A DNA stretch of 35,901 nt from Candidatus Hermodarchaeota archaeon (GTDB lineage Archaea; Asgardarchaeota; Lokiarchaeia; Sigyniarchaeales; SOKP01): NCBI GenBank assembly GCA_048885525.1, contig JBHLLP010000034.1, positions 1 to 35,901 on the forward strand. The letters are read 5' to 3'. Numbering within the stretch: position 1 is the stretch's first letter; each line of letters starts with the position of its first letter. Of the stretch, positions 35,451 through 35,901 are shown piece by piece. The position numbers and the translations under genes are program-made. The notes under the pieces are model-generated. The model searched no databases and was not told the origin of the DNA. It worked only from the letters and a program-made list of their open reading frames with translations.

Positions 35451-35619
35451 TTTTTTCCACCTTAATATTAATTTTTAAGACATATTATCTAACAATATAA
35501 TAATATTTACTACAAAAATTGCAGAAAATACTATAATTAATATGATTCTTAAAAGTAATATCTTTTTCATTTATTCATCCTCCATTGATTTATTTTTTTT
35601 ATTTCTTAATTGATAACCT

Positions 35620-35636
35620 ATAAAAAAAAAAAGAGA
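35620..35636 (-). terminator. Oligo-T terminator after the last gene
   Basis: Plus-strand A11 run (35622-35632), i.e. T11 on the minus strand, about 25 nt after stop 35659. Confidence 0.5.
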
Positions 35637-35658
35637 AATGAAATTTTCCGCTTTATTA

Positions 35659-35901
35659 TTACTCTAATCTATTCAATTTCTTCATGCCAAAGTATAATAG
35701 TGGAAAACTTACTCCAATATTGTATAGAAATAGAGGAGCTTGTAGGATTAATCTCATTAACTCGAAATTTCCAGGATCATTAATTAGTCCTAGGACTAAT
35801 AGTCCTATTGGTAAAAACAGTAAAGGTTGTAATAGTAGCATAGAGATCATCATATTTCCTTTCATGCTTGAATCTCTCTCTCCGAAAGCTGGAGAAATGC
35901 A
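35659..35901 (-). CDS. 3' end of a membrane protein, possibly an ABC exporter permease (5' part outside window)
   Basis: The frame is open to the window edge: CISPAFGERDSSMKGNMMISMLLLQP...LLYFGMKKLNRLE. Two TM helices and a G.KKL.R.E tail typical of ABC export permeases. Confidence 0.55.
   Translation of the reverse strand, partial: CISPAFGERDSSMKGNMMISMLLLQPLLFLPIGLLVLGLINDPGNFELMRLILQAPLFLYNIGVSFPLLYFGMKKLNRLE

Overview
AT-rich archaeal chromosomal segment, most likely an Asgard archaeon (Lokiarchaeia/Promethearchaeota). This is an inference from a longin-roadblock fusion protein, remnants of Loki-type surface proteins (WNFTWGG repeat start; IPFG-TM-basic C-terminal anchor), BRE/TATA promoters about 30 nt upstream of ATG and oligo-T terminators. 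About 37 CDS, mostly unlinked metabolic and detoxification genes: esterases, flavin oxidoreductases, nitroreductases, MFS and CDF transporters, acyl-CoA ligase, SDR, adenosine deaminase and MBL hydrolases. No rRNA, tRNA, CRISPR or transposase was seen. The best candidates for new biology are: (1) a Cys-Cys AbrB-type ('HgcAB-associated'-like) regulator - HPGG methyltransferase - arsM operon with five phased 9-bp direct repeats abutting its BRE/TATA, followed by a dsrEFH/tusDCB-like sulfur relay; (2) repeated evidence for Shine-Dalgarno-led ATA (AUA) start codons in three genes; (3) a translationally coupled array of three paralogous membrane proteins plus a winged-HTH regulator; (4) a ~4 kb block flanked by the C-terminal and N-terminal remnants of surface-protein genes. 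All family calls come from motif recognition by eye; no database searches were run.
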